Below are positions 63,217-64,000 of a stretch of DNA of 64,000 bases, piece after piece. How positions within the stretch are numbered: position 1 is the stretch's first letter; the number at the start of each line of letters is the position of its first letter. The DNA comes from Zancudomyces culisetae HAW-14-8. Lineage: Eukaryota > Fungi > Kickxellomycota. Both the position numbers and the translations under genes were made by a program. Location of the stretch: positions 1,240,001 to 1,304,000 of the forward strand of contig JBNJNM010000021.1 in NCBI GenBank assembly GCA_052426225.1, in the 5' to 3' direction. The notes beneath the pieces are model-generated. The model ran no database searches, had not been told where the DNA came from, and worked only from the letters and a program-made list of their open reading frames with translations.

Positions 63217-64000
63217 CAGTGACTCAAAAAATTGTTCAAATGTTTTTGATGTTCATTCAAAAATTAGTATATCTCACGATTATTATATCGTATCACTATA
63301 AAAATTACAATTATTATACATTAATATACCATGTATTACCGATCAAAATTTTAGAATACTTGATCCAGCCAATCAACTGTAGTTATACTTTTTGTAATAA
63401 TATATTATTTGAACAATTATTTGGTTTTAAATTAAATTTATCAATTTTGATGATATCTTTTTTATAATGTTAGATATCATTTATTAAAATTTATATGTTA
63501 CTAGAATTAACTAACAATTATCTACACAATACATTTTATTATTAAAATATATTATTTTGATCAATTTAAATACGATGAAAAAACTAAATAATGAAAAATT
63601 TGGAGTGATATAATACTGCTGGATAATGGATACTCATATAGCAATATTGCATCTAAACTATCTATTAGTATAGGGACAGTATATAACATAAAAAATAAGT
63701 ATCGTCCATCAATAAAAAATTTATCACCTGGCAGCCCAAATAAATTGACAAAAACAAATGAGCGATTAATAATTCGGAAAATTACATCTGGACAATTTGA
63801 TACAGCGACAGACGCTACAAAATTTCTCAAGGATAATGGCATCGTAACTGTGGTTCCTCAAAATGTGCGAAATAGCTTGAATAAATATGGTTTAAGTGCA
63901 AAACCTAAGGTCAAAAAACCTATGCAAAAATTAAGCCATATTAAACAACGACTTGCATTTGCTAATAATAATCAGCATTGGACTGTAGAAGACTGGAAAC
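63217..64000 (+). mobile_element. Tc1/mariner DNA transposon, 5' part, with a frameshifted transposase start (63575 to window end)
   Basis: TA|CAGTG terminus; frame from 63595 reads GYSYSNIASKLSISIGTVYNI...GSPNKLT...VRNSLNKYGL...KKP...RLAFA...WTVEDWK, the Tc1-type paired HTH region; ATG 63575 is out of frame. Confidence 0.85.

Overview
Eukaryotic, AT-rich fungal genomic DNA. Single-chain type I FAS and sparse introns suggest an early-diverging fungus, but this is inference only. The left half (1-30 kb) holds host genes: a fused FAS1-FAS2 fatty acid synthase broken by one apparent 1-nt frameshift, a one-intron ERG25-like sterol C4-methyl oxidase, a secreted Thr-rich multi-repeat protein and a tRNA-Val(AAC) gene. 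The right half (30.27 kb to the window end) is one continuous transposon stack that starts 8 bp upstream of the tRNA. It contains three full-length Ty3/Gypsy elements and about 12 solo LTRs abutting end to end, separated by only 0-6 bp of target remnants (GTTG/ATGT/TTTG/GTGT). The youngest copies lie next to the tRNA and the decayed ones lie distally, giving a polarised insertion record. A second tier inserted inside the older LTRs: two self-priming chromoviruses and a solo LTR (5-bp TSDs) and a Tc1 element (TA). One chromovirus carries an antisense tRNA-like Pol III gene in its 3' UTR.
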